64,000 bases of DNA. Origin: an uncultured Candidatus Sumerlaeota bacterium. GTDB lineage: Bacteria; Sumerlaeota; Sumerlaeia; UBA8349. The stretch is taken from the NCBI GenBank assembly GCA_942493245.1, contig OW818685.1:4066040-4130039 (forward strand). Reading direction: 5' to 3'. The notes beneath the pieces are model-generated. The model ran no database searches and was not told where the DNA came from. It was given only the letters and a program-made list of their open reading frames with translations. Each line of letters starts with the position of its first letter. Within the stretch, counting starts at the first letter, position 1. Positions 9,639-20,607 of this stretch are shown piece by piece. Position numbers and translations under genes: made by a program.

Positions 9639-10412
9639 TCAGAAATCCAGAATCGGACTGCTCGCCGAGGCGTAAGGTTTCTTCGGAATCCGGCCCGAGA
9701 GGAACGCCAGACGTCCCGCTTCGGAGGCCAGACGCAACGCCCGCGCCATCCCCACCGCATCCTGCGCCTGCGCGATCGCCGTGTTGAGCAACACCCCGTC
9801 CACACCCAGTTCAAACGCCTTGGCCACATCCGACGCCGTACCCACACCGGCGTCCACAATACAGGGCACACTCAAGGCTTCCACACAGAACCGGATATAA
9901 CTAGGATTCAGAATCCCCCGGCCCGATCCAATCGGCGCACCGGCGGGCATCACCACCGCCGCGCCCGCTTCCTGAAGCCGGACGGCCATAACCGGGTCGT
10001 CGTTCGTGTAGGCCATCACCGTGAACCCCTCGTCGGCCAGTTGCTTTGTGGCATCCAGCGTCGCCGCCACATCCGGCAGCAGCGTCCGCTCGTCGCCCAA
10101 CACTTCCAGCTTGACCAGATCGCCAATCTCGAGTTCCCGCGCCAGATGCGCCACCTTGATCGCGTCCGCGCGATTGAAACACCCTGCCGTATTCGGCAGA
10201 ATCGTGTACCCGCCGCGAATCAGCGCATCCAGCAGGTTTTCGTCACCCCGCTTCGAGAGATCCACCCGACGCAACGCCACCGTCACGATTTCGGCGCCCG
10301 ACTCGCGCAACGCCTCTTCCATGATCGGGAATGACTCATATTTCCCCGTGCCCACCAACAGGCGCGACTTGTATTCGTGATTTCCAATTTTCAAGACCTT
10401 ATCCACGACCAT
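9639..10412 (-). CDS. thiG: Thiazole synthase
   Basis: SRLLVGTGKY, LPNTAGC, VKLEV, MPAGAPIGSGRG, DAGVGTASD, VLLNTAIA. Confidence 0.97.
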   Translation of the reverse strand: MVVDKVLKIGNHEYKSRLLVGTGKYESFPIMEEALRESGAEIVTVALRRVDLSKRGDENLLDALIRGGYTILPNTAGCFNRADAIKVAHLARELEIGDLVKLEVLGDERTLLPDVAATLDATKQLADEGFTVMAYTNDDPVMAVRLQEAGAAVVMPAGAPIGSGRGILNPSYIRFCVEALSVPCIVDAGVGTASDVAKAFELGVDGVLLNTAIAQAQDAVGMARALRLASEAGRLAFLSGRIPKKPYASASSPILDF

Positions 10413-10627
10413 CTCAAAATCCTTTACGATAAATATGAAACCTCAACTCGTACCGCCAACATCCCCGCCGGCCCCGCAATATCTTTCCCTCCGCCGCTCG
10501 GCAGAACCTCCACCGGACTCAGTGGACAAAGTGGACATCAAGGACGAAGAAACGGACACTACTCGCTGCAATCTCCGAGGGGATTCCGTTCCTCCCTCTT
10601 CTTCCCGTTTCCCGCCGAATTTCGACC

Positions 10628-10828
10628 TCACCCACCGCCCACCATCTGGACGATTTCCACAACAGCCCCCTCACTCAGGACCGTCTGGGTAAAATCCGCC
10701 TTCCGCACCACCTCTCCGTCCAGCAACACGGCCAGCCGCTGCCCAGTCAACCCCAACTGTTCCAGCAATTCCGACACCGCCGCGCCGTCCCGCAACTCCG
10801 AGGCTTTTCCATTGACCACCACCTGCAT
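10628..10828 (-). CDS. thiS: Sulfur carrier protein
   Basis: 66 aa, MQVVVNG...VEIVQMVGGG C-terminal GG; GAGGTGGAG upstream. Confidence 0.93.
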   Translation of the reverse strand: MQVVVNGKASELRDGAAVSELLEQLGLTGQRLAVLLDGEVVRKADFTQTVLSEGAVVEIVQMVGGG

Positions 10829-10913
10829 AACCGACTCCACCTCACTCCTGAAATCCATACCCGGAGACTCCAGGCGCACCCTTGTCCCGTCCCCCTCAGT
10901 TCAAGGTGTTCCG

Positions 10914-10942
10914 ACTATAACCCGCCGTCCGGAGGCTGTCAA
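10914..10942 (-). promoter_or_regulatory. Putative sigma70 promoter for thi cluster
   Basis: TTGACA-N17-TATAGT. Confidence 0.7.
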
Positions 10943-11105
10943 GAAACGATCTCACCCCGCCCATTTTGTCATTGATCCCTCATCTATTTGTCCGAGGGAT
11001 TGCAACTATCGAGAGCGGCAGAAACGAGAGGGATTGAGGATTGTGTCCAGCCAACCGACCGACCGCAAACACGCCTTCCAACCGCTTTCAAACTCCCACG
11101 CTCCC

Positions 11106-11957
11106 TCACACCTCGTCCGCGAACCGGCGCGATCCCTGAGAAAACACCCACCGGGAAACCAGGAAGAGCGCCGTGGTGGTCCCCCCCGCCACGCCCAGAT
11201 AGAACACCAGCAGGGAATCGGACACCTCGAGAGGCGGCGTATCGTACAGCAGCACCCGGCGGTAAGCCACACAGATCGGCGTCATCGGATTGAGCCAGTA
11301 AAGCGACTCAATCCATTCGGGCAGGTGACCCGACTCGACCGCCTCATGTACCAGCTGCGCCGGATAAACGATCGGCGTGGCGTAGAACCACGCCTGAAGC
11401 CCTACCTCCGACAAGGATTCGACATCGCGATAGAACACATTGAGTGACGAGACCAGAAACGCGATCGCCTGAACCAGCACAGTCAACAACAGAGTCAAAC
11501 CCACAAAACCCACCAACTGCAGGGCCAGACTCGGTACGCTCAACGCGCGAGCGCCCGGAATCGCAACCAGAATCAACGGGAACACGACCAACATCCCGAG
11601 CAGAAAATTCAAAAGATTCCCAGCCACCGTCGTGATCGGGAACACCTCGATGGGCAGTTTGACCTTTTTGATCAGATTTGAGTGCGACAACACGGCCCAA
11701 TGCCCTTCGGCCACACATCGCGCCAGATAGGACCAGACCAGAATACCCACGAGCAGGTGAAGATAAAACGGCACACCCGGATTGGGCGATTCGACCTGGA
11801 GCACCACATTGAACGCAAAATGAAAAATCGCAACCAACGCCAACGGCTTGGCGAACGACCAGAGAAACCCCAGCACCGAGGATTGATACCGCACGAGCAG
11901 ATCGCGACGAATCAACGTGAAAAGGAGCTCTCGAACCCGCCACAAATCCCGCAGCAT
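11106..11957 (-). CDS. ABC-2 transporter permease (Wzm/TagG-like)
   Basis: RRDLLVRYQSSVLGFLWS, NLIKKVKLPIEVFP, FYRDV, WFYATPIVYP, LNPM. Confidence 0.88.
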   Translation of the reverse strand: MLRDLWRVRELLFTLIRRDLLVRYQSSVLGFLWSFAKPLALVAIFHFAFNVVLQVESPNPGVPFYLHLLVGILVWSYLARCVAEGHWAVLSHSNLIKKVKLPIEVFPITTVAGNLLNFLLGMLVVFPLILVAIPGARALSVPSLALQLVGFVGLTLLLTVLVQAIAFLVSSLNVFYRDVESLSEVGLQAWFYATPIVYPAQLVHEAVESGHLPEWIESLYWLNPMTPICVAYRRVLLYDTPPLEVSDSLLVFYLGVAGGTTTALFLVSRWVFSQGSRRFADEV

Positions 11958-12174
11958 GTGCGAACTTTCCCTTTCTTCCCGACCGTACTGGAATCGAATC
12001 GTCGTCCAACGCCATACCCGTGCCGACCACGCAAGGCGAGTGTACCGGTTTCCCCCGCATTTCCCAAGCGGGAAATCCATCCGCCCCCTGAAACGGAAAG
12101 AATCCCGCTCCGGGCTGCACACCCAGGCGGGATTCTCAGTTATCCCTTTTCAATCCGTCGAAACCGCGTTTTGA

Positions 12175-13326
12175 TTACTGCGCGGCCTTGCGGATCAACT
12201 CCAACCCGATGATGTTACGCTGGATCTGGTTCGAGCCTTCGTAAATCTGCGTAATCTTGGCGTCGCGCATCCGCTTCTCGACCGGATACTCGCGCATGTA
12301 ACCCGACCCGCCGCAGATCTGCACCGCATCGGTCGAGACTTTCATGGCCGTGTCCGAGGCGTACACCTTGGCCATCGAGGCCAGCGACGAGGAATACTCT
12401 TCATTGCGATCCACCGCCACGGCGCCGCGGTACACCAGCAACCGCGAACCTTCAATGGCGATCGCCATGTCGGCGAACAGGTGCTGCACGGCCTGGAACG
12501 AGGCGATCGTCACGCCGAACTGCACGCGGTTCTTGGCGAAATCAATCGCTTCTTCCATCGCGCCCTGGGCGATCCCCACAGCCTGCGCGCCGATGCCCGG
12601 ACGCGATTTGTCCAGCGTGTCCATCGCCACGCGGAATCCGCGGTTTTCCTTCCCAAGCATGGCGCTGGCCGCAATGCGGCAATCCTGAAAATGCAGCTCA
12701 CGCGTCGTGGAACAGCGGATACCCATTTTCTTTTCCTTGGCGCCGAAATCGAACCCCGGCGTCCCCTTTTCCACGATGAAAGCCGTCAAACCGCGCGCCC
12801 CGCGCTTGCGGTTCGTCGAAGCGATGACCGTATAGACATCGGCCACGCCCGCATTGGTAATCCACTGCTTCGTGCCGTTGAGCACAAACTCGCTCCCGTC
12901 AAGCACCGCCGTCGTCTCGACCCCACCCGCGTCGGACCCCGCATTGGGTTCGGTCAGACCGAACGCCGCCAGCATCTCGCCCTTGGCGATCTTCGGCATG
13001 TACTTCTGCTTCTGCTCTTCGGAACCGTGCAACAGAATCGGATAGGCCCCCAAAGCGTTGGCGGCAAAACTCACCGCCACTCCCCCGCAGAAACGGCTCA
13101 ATTCCTCGACGGCGACACACAGATCCAAGGCGCCGCCCCCCATCCCGCCATACTCTTCGGGAATGTAAATCCCCAGCATGTCGGCCTCCCCCAGGGCCTT
13201 GATGGCCTCCATGGGGAACTCTTCTTCCTCATCCCAGCGGGCCCGATTCGGCTTGATAATCTCTTCGCCGATCTCACGAGCGGTATCGCGAATCATCTGC
13301 TGCATTTCTGTGAGTTCGAAATCCAT
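12175..13326 (-). CDS. Acyl-CoA dehydrogenase
   Basis: FGLTEPNAGSD, LNGTKQWITN, KKMGIR, RVQFG, GYMREYPVEKRMRDAKITQIYEGSNQIQR. Confidence 0.95.
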   Translation of the reverse strand: MDFELTEMQQMIRDTAREIGEEIIKPNRARWDEEEEFPMEAIKALGEADMLGIYIPEEYGGMGGGALDLCVAVEELSRFCGGVAVSFAANALGAYPILLHGSEEQKQKYMPKIAKGEMLAAFGLTEPNAGSDAGGVETTAVLDGSEFVLNGTKQWITNAGVADVYTVIASTNRKRGARGLTAFIVEKGTPGFDFGAKEKKMGIRCSTTRELHFQDCRIAASAMLGKENRGFRVAMDTLDKSRPGIGAQAVGIAQGAMEEAIDFAKNRVQFGVTIASFQAVQHLFADMAIAIEGSRLLVYRGAVAVDRNEEYSSSLASMAKVYASDTAMKVSTDAVQICGGSGYMREYPVEKRMRDAKITQIYEGSNQIQRNIIGLELIRKAAQ

Positions 13327-13700
13327 TATTTTTCCTCTCAAACCAGATAAAGTGTCAACCCATTCCATTCACTCCAAAGGCTCCTGGAGAGCGGGTCGGG
13401 CCAGATTCCCAGAACGGTATTGCGGACGATCCATCAGACGCCGCACGCCCCTGCGGGCGCTCAAGCGCGGAACACTATCGATATTCCCCCCAAAAAAAGC
13501 AACTCAAAAGCGTATCCCCCAGCGGCCCGAGGGACTCCCGGCCTCCAAATGCCCATACGAAATACTCCCCTGTCTCGGGTTAACAAGCCACAAAAAAAAC
13601 AAAATCACAGAAAAAAAGGCCGAACAGAACCTCTCCTCCCAACCATTGTCAATCTTCCGTGTTGCCTGCCCCGCACAATCAAGCACAGGACAGACCGGCC

Positions 13701-14600
13701 TCAATGGTACAGCGTCCCGGCGTTCACCACAGGCTGAGCATGGTTCTCGCTGCAGAGAATCACCAGCAGATTGCTCACCATCGCGGCCTTGCGCTCGTCG
13801 TCCAGGTCCACCACCTTTTCCGACTCGAGCATATCCAGCGCCATTCGGACCATCCCGACTGCGCCTTCCACGATTTTCTGACGCGCAGCAATGATCGCGC
13901 TGGCCTGCTGGCGGCGCAGCATCGCCTCGGCAATCTCCGACGCGTAGGCCAGATGGCTCAGCCGCGCTTCAAGAACCTCCACGCCCGCCTTGTCGAGCCG
14001 CGTCTGCAACTCCTGCTCCAGAGCCTCCGAAACCTCGTCAATGTTCGCCCGCAATGAAATGCTGCGCTCGTCTTCCCAATTGTCATACGGGTAGGCGCTC
14101 GACAGATGCCGCAGGGCCGACTCGCTCTGGGTCTGGACATACCCGATGTAGTCGTTCACCTCGAAAAAGGCGGCAAACGTATCCCGTACCCGCCAGACAA
14201 TCACCGCCGCGATCTCGATCGGGTTGCCCGCATGGTCGTTGACCTTGAGCCGTTCTCCATTCAGATTCCGCAGACGCAGCGAGATCTTCATCTTCCGATA
14301 GAACGGATTGGTCCAGCAGAACCCCTCCTGCTTGACCGTGCCCACATACCGGCCAAAGAGCAACAGAACGGCCGCCTCGTTCGGTTGCAGCATGAAAAAA
14401 CCCGCTGAAAGAAAGACCACCAGAAACACAAACGGAATCAGCATCCACATGCACCGAGCCCCCATCTCCGGCCCCACCCCTTTCCCATCCAGCCCGCTAG
14501 CCCCCGTGATAAACAGCGCGATGAGAATCAGCGCACAGAAAAGATCCAGAACCAGATAGAGCCATCCTTCCTGAACCCGCACCACGGTCTCGCGATCCAT
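13701..14600 (-). CDS. SPFH/band 7 domain membrane protein
   Basis: Two N-terminal TMs, [53 protein letters not shown]. Confidence 0.92.
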   Translation of the reverse strand: MDRETVVRVQEGWLYLVLDLFCALILIALFITGASGLDGKGVGPEMGARCMWMLIPFVFLVVFLSAGFFMLQPNEAAVLLLFGRYVGTVKQEGFCWTNPFYRKMKISLRLRNLNGERLKVNDHAGNPIEIAAVIVWRVRDTFAAFFEVNDYIGYVQTQSESALRHLSSAYPYDNWEDERSISLRANIDEVSEALEQELQTRLDKAGVEVLEARLSHLAYASEIAEAMLRRQQASAIIAARQKIVEGAVGMVRMALDMLESEKVVDLDDERKAAMVSNLLVILCSENHAQPVVNAGTLYH

Positions 14601-14999
14601 GCTCCTATCCCCCTTTTCGAAATATAACGGAATGATAGAGCGATGATATGAGATCGCGCAAGAAAATGTATGCAAAAATGGACAGGACACATCCTGTCTC
14701 ACGGCACCCGCCCCAATCGGCTCGTACCACCGGGCGTCCGGTCAGCCAAGGCTGTTCCGGCAGAAAAACATGAAGAACCTGCCCGGACGAACGCCGGGTT
14801 TGAACAGACGGGGGATATTCCCGCTCCGTATTCAAAAAACCGCGCGGGCGGGGACACCGGCGGTACGAACAACCTCAGTGGAATCTCCTTTGCGGAGTCT
14901 CCCGATAACACCTTCCGAAGGCCGAAAAATACCCTGCTGGAGGCATCTCGAAGCGCGATCCGAACCCTGCCTGTCACCATTCCGGCTGCCATTCCCTGC

Positions 15000-15028
15000 T
15001 TGACAAGGATTCGGAAAGGATTTATTCT
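15000..15028 (+). promoter_or_regulatory. Putative sigma70 promoter for large surface protein
   Basis: TTGACA-N17-TATTCT. Confidence 0.55.
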
Positions 15029-15301
15029 GGATAGGCTGGAGATTGGCTGTGCGCCATCTTCTATAATGGGGTTTTATGTCTGGCGGGGTTCGGGAAAAGA
15101 TCCGACGTACTTGTCAAGAGTCCCGAAAACCAGAGAAACCGACATTGCCGGTTGAGAGCCCCGATCCTTGCGACACCTTTCGCAAAGTTCTACACGTTTC
15201 CCGTTCGGGAAGCGGTCCATTGTTTGTCGGTTCTGTTTGGGTGAATTTCATCGAGTCCATCACGAGTCTTATACCGTTTCGAGGAGGGTGCGAAATCCAA
15301 G

Positions 15302-18300
15302 ATGCACAAGGCGATCCGTTCCACTTCAACCAACACGACGCAATCTGAGACGTGGCCGTCCGGGCGCTGGGCCTGGTTTCTGACGGCCCTGCTTCTGGGC
15401 CTGCTGGCGGTGCAACCGTCCGTCGCGCACGCGCAGGACACCAACACGTCTCCGGAAGTTGCCGTGGGCCAGGCATCCTCTCTGGTCACCACTCCTCCTA
15501 TCGTCACCAGTGTCACCCATCCCGATCCGACCAAGATTTATACCTCGATCACCGTCACCCTGGCGTGGAGCGAAGCCCCCACAGTCCCCGCCGGGTCCAT
15601 CAAACAATACCACTATCTGTTCGACATGGCGCCCAAGAGCGTTCCCACTCCGCCCGACGCCACGGTCACGCCAGACAAGACCGTCACCTTGAACGACGTC
15701 ACGCCGGGCCAATACTTCTTTCACATCCGCAGCGAGGACCAGTCCGCCGCGCTCTCGCCGACCGCCCACTTCCAGGTGAATGTCGGGCCAACCACCATCA
15801 CGCTGGGCAACGGAGTCATCAGCCACAACTCCCCGTATCTGGTCGAGTACAGTTTCACCATCGAGGACGTGACCAACAAAACCATCGTTCTTCCGGCCTC
15901 TTTCATTCAAACACTCTGCGAAGAAGACGGCACGGCAATCAGCGCCACGGAATCGTCCATGATCCTGGCCAACACCGCTCAGAGTGTCCAGACCAAAGGG
16001 ATGATGGTTCTGGATTACACGGCCAGTATGGTCGCTTCGACAGGCGCCATCAAAACAATGGAAGATGGAGCCAAGTACATCATTGACCAATCCACGACCT
16101 CGACGCTGCTGGGATTGTACGAATTCCACGCCGAGGATGTGGAACCGAATCGGGTTGCCGAAATGACCACCAACAAGGCCTACCTGAAGTCGCGCGTGGA
16201 CGCCATCTGGGACGAGTATGTACAGAACTACCCCGCGGCGTCGCGCTGCTGGGACGCCGTGGCCGCCGCGCTCCAGGAATTCGAACCAACCACCAACACC
16301 TCGGAATTGCGCTTCCTGGTCTTCCTTTCCGACGGGTGGGACGAATCCAGTTCCAACAACCCCGGTTCCATCACCGCCCTGGCCAACCAACTCAACGTGC
16401 GCATCTACCCGATCGGGTTCGGGGCCTCGATCAACACCGCCGCCCTGGATCAAATCGCCACGGGCACCGGCGGCAAGTCCATTTCGGCCAGCAATCTGGA
16501 CGGCCTCGAAGCCGCCTTTCAGGACATTTTCCGCACCATCAATGGCCGCCTGACCCTGCGCTGGCCCACCCTGAAACGCAACGTGGACTTCACCCCCGAC
16601 TTCTGGATCACCATCCCCACGCCCACGAACGCCAAGCACCCGGCCGCCATCACCTCCTACACCCAGCCCACCGCGATCAGCCCCCAGACTCTGGCGGGCG
16701 ACACCAAGGAAGGCCGCCTCTCCTACGACGGTTCACCCGTCCTGAACGGCGAAACCGATCTCTATCTGCGGGCCGGTTATGTGCCGCGCTACGTCACCCA
16801 AATCCGCCTTCGGTTCGACTTTGGGACCGGCCCCAACGACCCGTCCTTCCCCTACGAAGTCGAGAAAATCCCTTTCGAGGAAGGCGGACTCGACAACAAA
16901 TGGACCCTCACGAGTGAAACCCTGACCAACGGCCAGCATTGGCTGCTCCTCAGCAGTCCCAAACCGGAAGACCCGAAAACAGCCATCACTTACGCCTGGT
17001 TCGGCAACCTCCTGAAATTTCACTTCACGGACGTCCCGAATCTCAACACCCTCATGGCGGCTCTGAAATCGCAAACCGACGACTCCATCTACCTCAGCGG
17101 GCAGCATTTCGTCCTCAACACCACAAACGACCCGCAACCCAGTATGGCCGTCGAGCCGACGACGGAAACCGCCACGCTCACCGGCTGGGTGGGTGGACCT
17201 TTCCTGCCCACCGAATCCGCGACCTACAGCATCACCAACACCGGCGAGGCCCCCCTGCCCTGGCGCGCCGCGCCCGATGTCCCCTGGTTGACCGTCACGC
17301 CCGAAACGGGGACTCTCAATCCGGGCATCAGCCGGATCGTCACCATCACCGTCAACGACAAAGCCGCTCCGCTCCTCAAGGGCGATCACGCCGCCAATAT
17401 CTTTTTCTCCAACGACACCAACGCGCTCGGAAACACCAGCCGCAAGGTCATCCTGACCCTGACCCAAACCTACAATCTGGACGTGGACCCCACCAGCGGC
17501 ACTGTGGAGATCTTGCCCAATCTACCCTTTTACACCGAAGGTTCGACCGTCTCGATCACCGCGGCGCCCAAGCCGGGGTTTGACCAGGTCTTCGCCGGAT
17601 GGAGTGGCACCAGCGTAACCGCAGCCACGGAATTCGAAAATCCGCTCATCGTCACAATGAATCAACCCACCTCCATCACAGCCCATTTCGTCCCGGCCAG
17701 CAACACCGTCTCGATCCGGGTCACCCCCTCCACGGCCGGATGGTCGTTCACCGATTCAGCGCAGGTCACCACGGAGGGCCTCGGATCCGCCATTCTGCGC
17801 AACGTGCCCCTGGGCGAAGTAACCCTGATCTGGAAAGACCTCGACGGGTACCTTCCCCCTGCCGAGAATCCCGTTATCCGCACGCTGGAGAATTCTCTGA
17901 CCATCGTGGGCGAATACCGCCTCGCGCCCGCCAAACCCGCCACGCCCAAGCCGACCGACAAGCGCACCAACGTCTCCGTCTCCATCAAGTTGGACTGGGC
18001 CGATTCCGAAGCGACGGACACCTACGATCTCTATTTCTGGAAAAGCGCCGAAACCAAACCCACCACGCCCACCGCGATGGGGCTTACCGTCTCGGAATGG
18101 GATCCCGCGATGGACCTGGACGCCTTGACGGAATATTCGTGGCAAGTGGTGGCCAAGAGTACCGTCACCACCACCGAAGGGGATGTCTGGACCTTCACGA
18201 CCGAAACTCCGCCTGTGGTCACCACCCCCGTCCCGGCCAACCTCACCGCCACCCGGGGCGAGTACTGGGACAAAGTCGAGATTTCCTGGACCCCCATCGT

Positions 18301-20083
18301 CACCCCGAAAGTTTTCTACCGCCTCTACCGCGCCGAATCGCCCGATGGACCCCGTCTGAAACTCGGCGACGGGTGGACCACCGCCACGACCTTCTCCGAC
18401 GAAACAGCCCAACCCGACACGGTGTATTACTACTTCGTCAAAGCGGCCCGCACGCAATGGGGTGAACTCGCCGGCGCCTTCAGCGAATCCGAACAGGGTT
18501 ACCTCCTGGAATCCACCCCGCTGCCCGCCCCGACCGGCGTGACCGCTTCCGACGGCACGTCCACGCAGTCCGTAACCGTTGCCTGGACCGCCGCACCCGA
18601 CGCCCGCTTCTACAAAGTGTACCGTGGCGTGGCCAGCGACACCTCTCCCACCCTCGCTGTCAGCGGGTGGATCAGCGACTTGACCTTCGACGACACCTCC
18701 GCCCTTCCCGGCATCAAGTACTACTACTTTGTCCGTTCCGCCTGGAACACCCTCGGCCTGCGCTCCAGCGACTTCAGCGCGCCCGACCAGGGGTGGCGCG
18801 AGGGGGAAACCCCCATTATGCCCGCCCCCACCTGGGTCTCGGCCACCGATGAAGTCTATGCCGAAAAAATCCGCGTCACCTGGGCTGAAGTTCCCGAAGC
18901 TGGCTTCTACCAGGTCTATCGCTCGCTGACCCCCACGACGGATACCGCGCAGGTGCTGTCGCCCTGGATGACCGTCACCACCTACGACGACACCTCGGCG
19001 CAGGTCGGCATGACCTACTACTACTGGGTCCGGACCGCCACAAGCGCCGCCGGCACGCAGCTCAGCCCCTTCAGCGTCCTGGACAGCGGCCAGCGCCTCA
19101 ACCTCAACGAGGTCAAAAACTACAAGGTGGCCTACAAATACTGCGATCTGACCGCCTCCGCAACAGCCGACCTCACCGTGCGTAACACCACGGACAAAGC
19201 CTATGTCAAGATTACCGCCGTCAAGGCGGCGGGACTCTCCAAAGAGGGAACTACCTACATAACAACCAAGAACATCCCCGAATTCCAGGTGAAGGGGCAT
19301 CTCAAACAACTCTACTCCGAGGCGCCCATTCAGCATCTGGTTTCCACCACCGGCACCCTGAAAACCATCACCATGAAAAACACCACCATCCGCCTTGCGG
19401 AAGTCTATCAAATCGGCAACATCTCCATGACCGGCCTCAAGGACTCCACCGGCGTCCAGCCCGCCTACGCCCACACCACCCTCCTGATACCCGGCAACGC
19501 GGTGACAATGACCATGAACCTCTCGGGGGTCATCCTCGACCGTCTCGACACCGGCGAACCGATCAAGAGCCTCAAGACCGCATCCAAGTCCTTCAAAAAC
19601 ACCCTCACCGGACAAAAGGCCGTTTCGCTCGGGGGGCTGGGCCGGATGACCGCAGCCGATCTGGCCAACACCACCGGTGTTTACGAACTGAAGGCGAGCA
19701 GCCTGCAAACCCTCTCCGTCAAGGGCGGGTCCATCCTGATGGACAAGATTAAAATTGCCCAGACCATCGGAACCATCACCGCCCGTTCGGCCACTCTCAA
19801 CAAAATCCTCTATCCCGGCACACTCGGTTTCCCCAACGAGCCCAAGCGTCTGCACGTCCTGGCGGGGATCATGAACACGCTCGACGCCCAGGCGGGCGTG
19901 GCGGGCGTATTTGTGGCGGGGTATTCCGCGGGCGAAAAACCCAACTACAGTGGCAGCGTCAACAAATTCCGCACGGGTCGCACCACCGGCTTCCTGACCG
20001 GGGAAGCCCACGTGGCGCCCTATCTGCCCATGCCCACCTTCTACCCGAACCAGGGGGAAATGGTGATCTATCCGTTACAGTAA
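15302..20083 (+). CDS. Large secreted protein: VWA domain, BACON-like and InlB-B-like repeats, several FN3 repeats, unknown C-terminal domain
   Basis: Signal-like WFLTALLLGLLAVQPSVAHA; MIDAS-like VLDYTASM and VFLSDG; WLTVTPETGTL; three P(A)PTxVxASD..VxW..FYxVYR units. Confidence 0.85.
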   Translation: MHKAIRSTSTNTTQSETWPSGRWAWFLTALLLGLLAVQPSVAHAQDTNTSPEVAVGQASSLVTTPPIVTSVTHPDPTKIYTSITVTLAWSEAPTVPAGSIKQYHYLFDMAPKSVPTPPDATVTPDKTVTLNDVTPGQYFFHIRSEDQSAALSPTAHFQVNVGPTTITLGNGVISHNSPYLVEYSFTIEDVTNKTIVLPASFIQTLCEEDGTAISATESSMILANTAQSVQTKGMMVLDYTASMVASTGAIKTMEDGAKYIIDQSTTSTLLGLYEFHAEDVEPNRVAEMTTNKAYLKSRVDAIWDEYVQNYPAASRCWDAVAAALQEFEPTTNTSELRFLVFLSDGWDESSSNNPGSITALANQLNVRIYPIGFGASINTAALDQIATGTGGKSISASNLDGLEAAFQDIFRTINGRLTLRWPTLKRNVDFTPDFWITIPTPTNAKHPAAITSYTQPTAISPQTLAGDTKEGRLSYDGSPVLNGETDLYLRAGYVPRYVTQIRLRFDFGTGPNDPSFPYEVEKIPFEEGGLDNKWTLTSETLTNGQHWLLLSSPKPEDPKTAITYAWFGNLLKFHFTDVPNLNTLMAALKSQTDDSIYLSGQHFVLNTTNDPQPSMAVEPTTETATLTGWVGGPFLPTESATYSITNTGEAPLPWRAAPDVPWLTVTPETGTLNPGISRIVTITVNDKAAPLLKGDHAANIFFSNDTNALGNTSRKVILTLTQTYNLDVDPTSGTVEILPNLPFYTEGSTVSITAAPKPGFDQVFAGWSGTSVTAATEFENPLIVTMNQPTSITAHFVPASNTVSIRVTPSTAGWSFTDSAQVTTEGLGSAILRNVPLGEVTLIWKDLDGYLPPAENPVIRTLENSLTIVGEYRLAPAKPATPKPTDKRTNVSVSIKLDWADSEATDTYDLYFWKSAETKPTTPTAMGLTVSEWDPAMDLDALTEYSWQVVAKSTVTTTEGDVWTFTTETPPVVTTPVPANLTATRGEYWDKVEISWTPIVTPKVFYRLYRAESPDGPRLKLGDGWTTATTFSDETAQPDTVYYYFVKAARTQWGELAGAFSESEQGYLLESTPLPAPTGVTASDGTSTQSVTVAWTAAPDARFYKVYRGVASDTSPTLAVSGWISDLTFDDTSALPGIKYYYFVRSAWNTLGLRSSDFSAPDQGWREGETPIMPAPTWVSATDEVYAEKIRVTWAEVPEAGFYQVYRSLTPTTDTAQVLSPWMTVTTYDDTSAQVGMTYYYWVRTATSAAGTQLSPFSVLDSGQRLNLNEVKNYKVAYKYCDLTASATADLTVRNTTDKAYVKITAVKAAGLSKEGTTYITTKNIPEFQVKGHLKQLYSEAPIQHLVSTTGTLKTITMKNTTIRLAEVYQIGNISMTGLKDSTGVQPAYAHTTLLIPGNAVTMTMNLSGVILDRLDTGEPIKSLKTASKSFKNTLTGQKAVSLGGLGRMTAADLANTTGVYELKASSLQTLSVKGGSILMDKIKIAQTIGTITARSATLNKILYPGTLGFPNEPKRLHVLAGIMNTLDAQAGVAGVFVAGYSAGEKPNYSGSVNKFRTGRTTGFLTGEAHVAPYLPMPTFYPNQGEMVIYPLQ

Positions 20084-20377
20084 TTCCCCGCCGCCCGCGC
20101 GAGGGTCAATGCGCAGAACCGGCAACAGAAATGAACGGTACAAATGGGAACGCCGTCCCGGAATATATCCGGAACGGCGTTCCCATTTGTGAGCCAGCGT
20201 CCCCGTCCCCTTTTGTCCCCCCACCCGAAAAGGAAAGCCTCCCCGCGAAATGTAGCCAGAATGTTCCCGGAAACTGGGTAAAATCGCCCCAAACGAGGCC
20301 CCAATACAAAAAGGGCGCGGATATTTTCCACGCCCAAAAAGTTCGCTGCAGGTCTTGTCTTTTCAACATCTACAAAC

Positions 20378-20438
20378 TTGGTGCCGGGAGGGGGACTTGA
20401 ACCCCCACGAGATTTCTCCCACAAGATCCTTAGTCTTG
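20378..20438 (-). repeat. Left att site: 61-bp duplicate of tRNA-Leu 3' portion
   Basis: Identical to 63443-63503 over 61 bp; identity stops at the 5' base of the anticodon stem. Confidence 0.95.
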
Positions 20439-20498
20439 TGTGTTGTGTTGATTTCAGGCAGTAAATACGGGGTTTTTGTGATTTGATGGAGGGGGGTG

Positions 20499-20517
20499 TT
20501 ACATGATCCTTACATGA
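20499..20517 (+). promoter_or_regulatory. Candidate integrase arm-type site
   Basis: TTACATGA-tcc-TTACATGA; 17/19 identical to 63318-63336. Confidence 0.5.
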
Positions 20518-20607
20518 GAGGGGTGTTTTGGGGGGCTTCGGGAGGGAAAAAGGGGGAGTTGTCAAGGGGGGCTTGACAGGTGCGCGGCGCGGGAGCGGGG
20601 TGTTTTT

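Noticed and set aside
10413-10627. 62-85 aa ORFs between thiS and thiG
   Set aside because: Low-complexity, no SD support, region contains a REP-like copy
10829-11105. TPP riboswitch upstream of thiS
   Set aside because: Consensus (CUGAGA...ACCUGA...) absent and leader after the promoter too short
20378-20438. Second tRNA gene at left end
   Set aside because: Lacks D-arm and 5' acceptor strand; att remnant only
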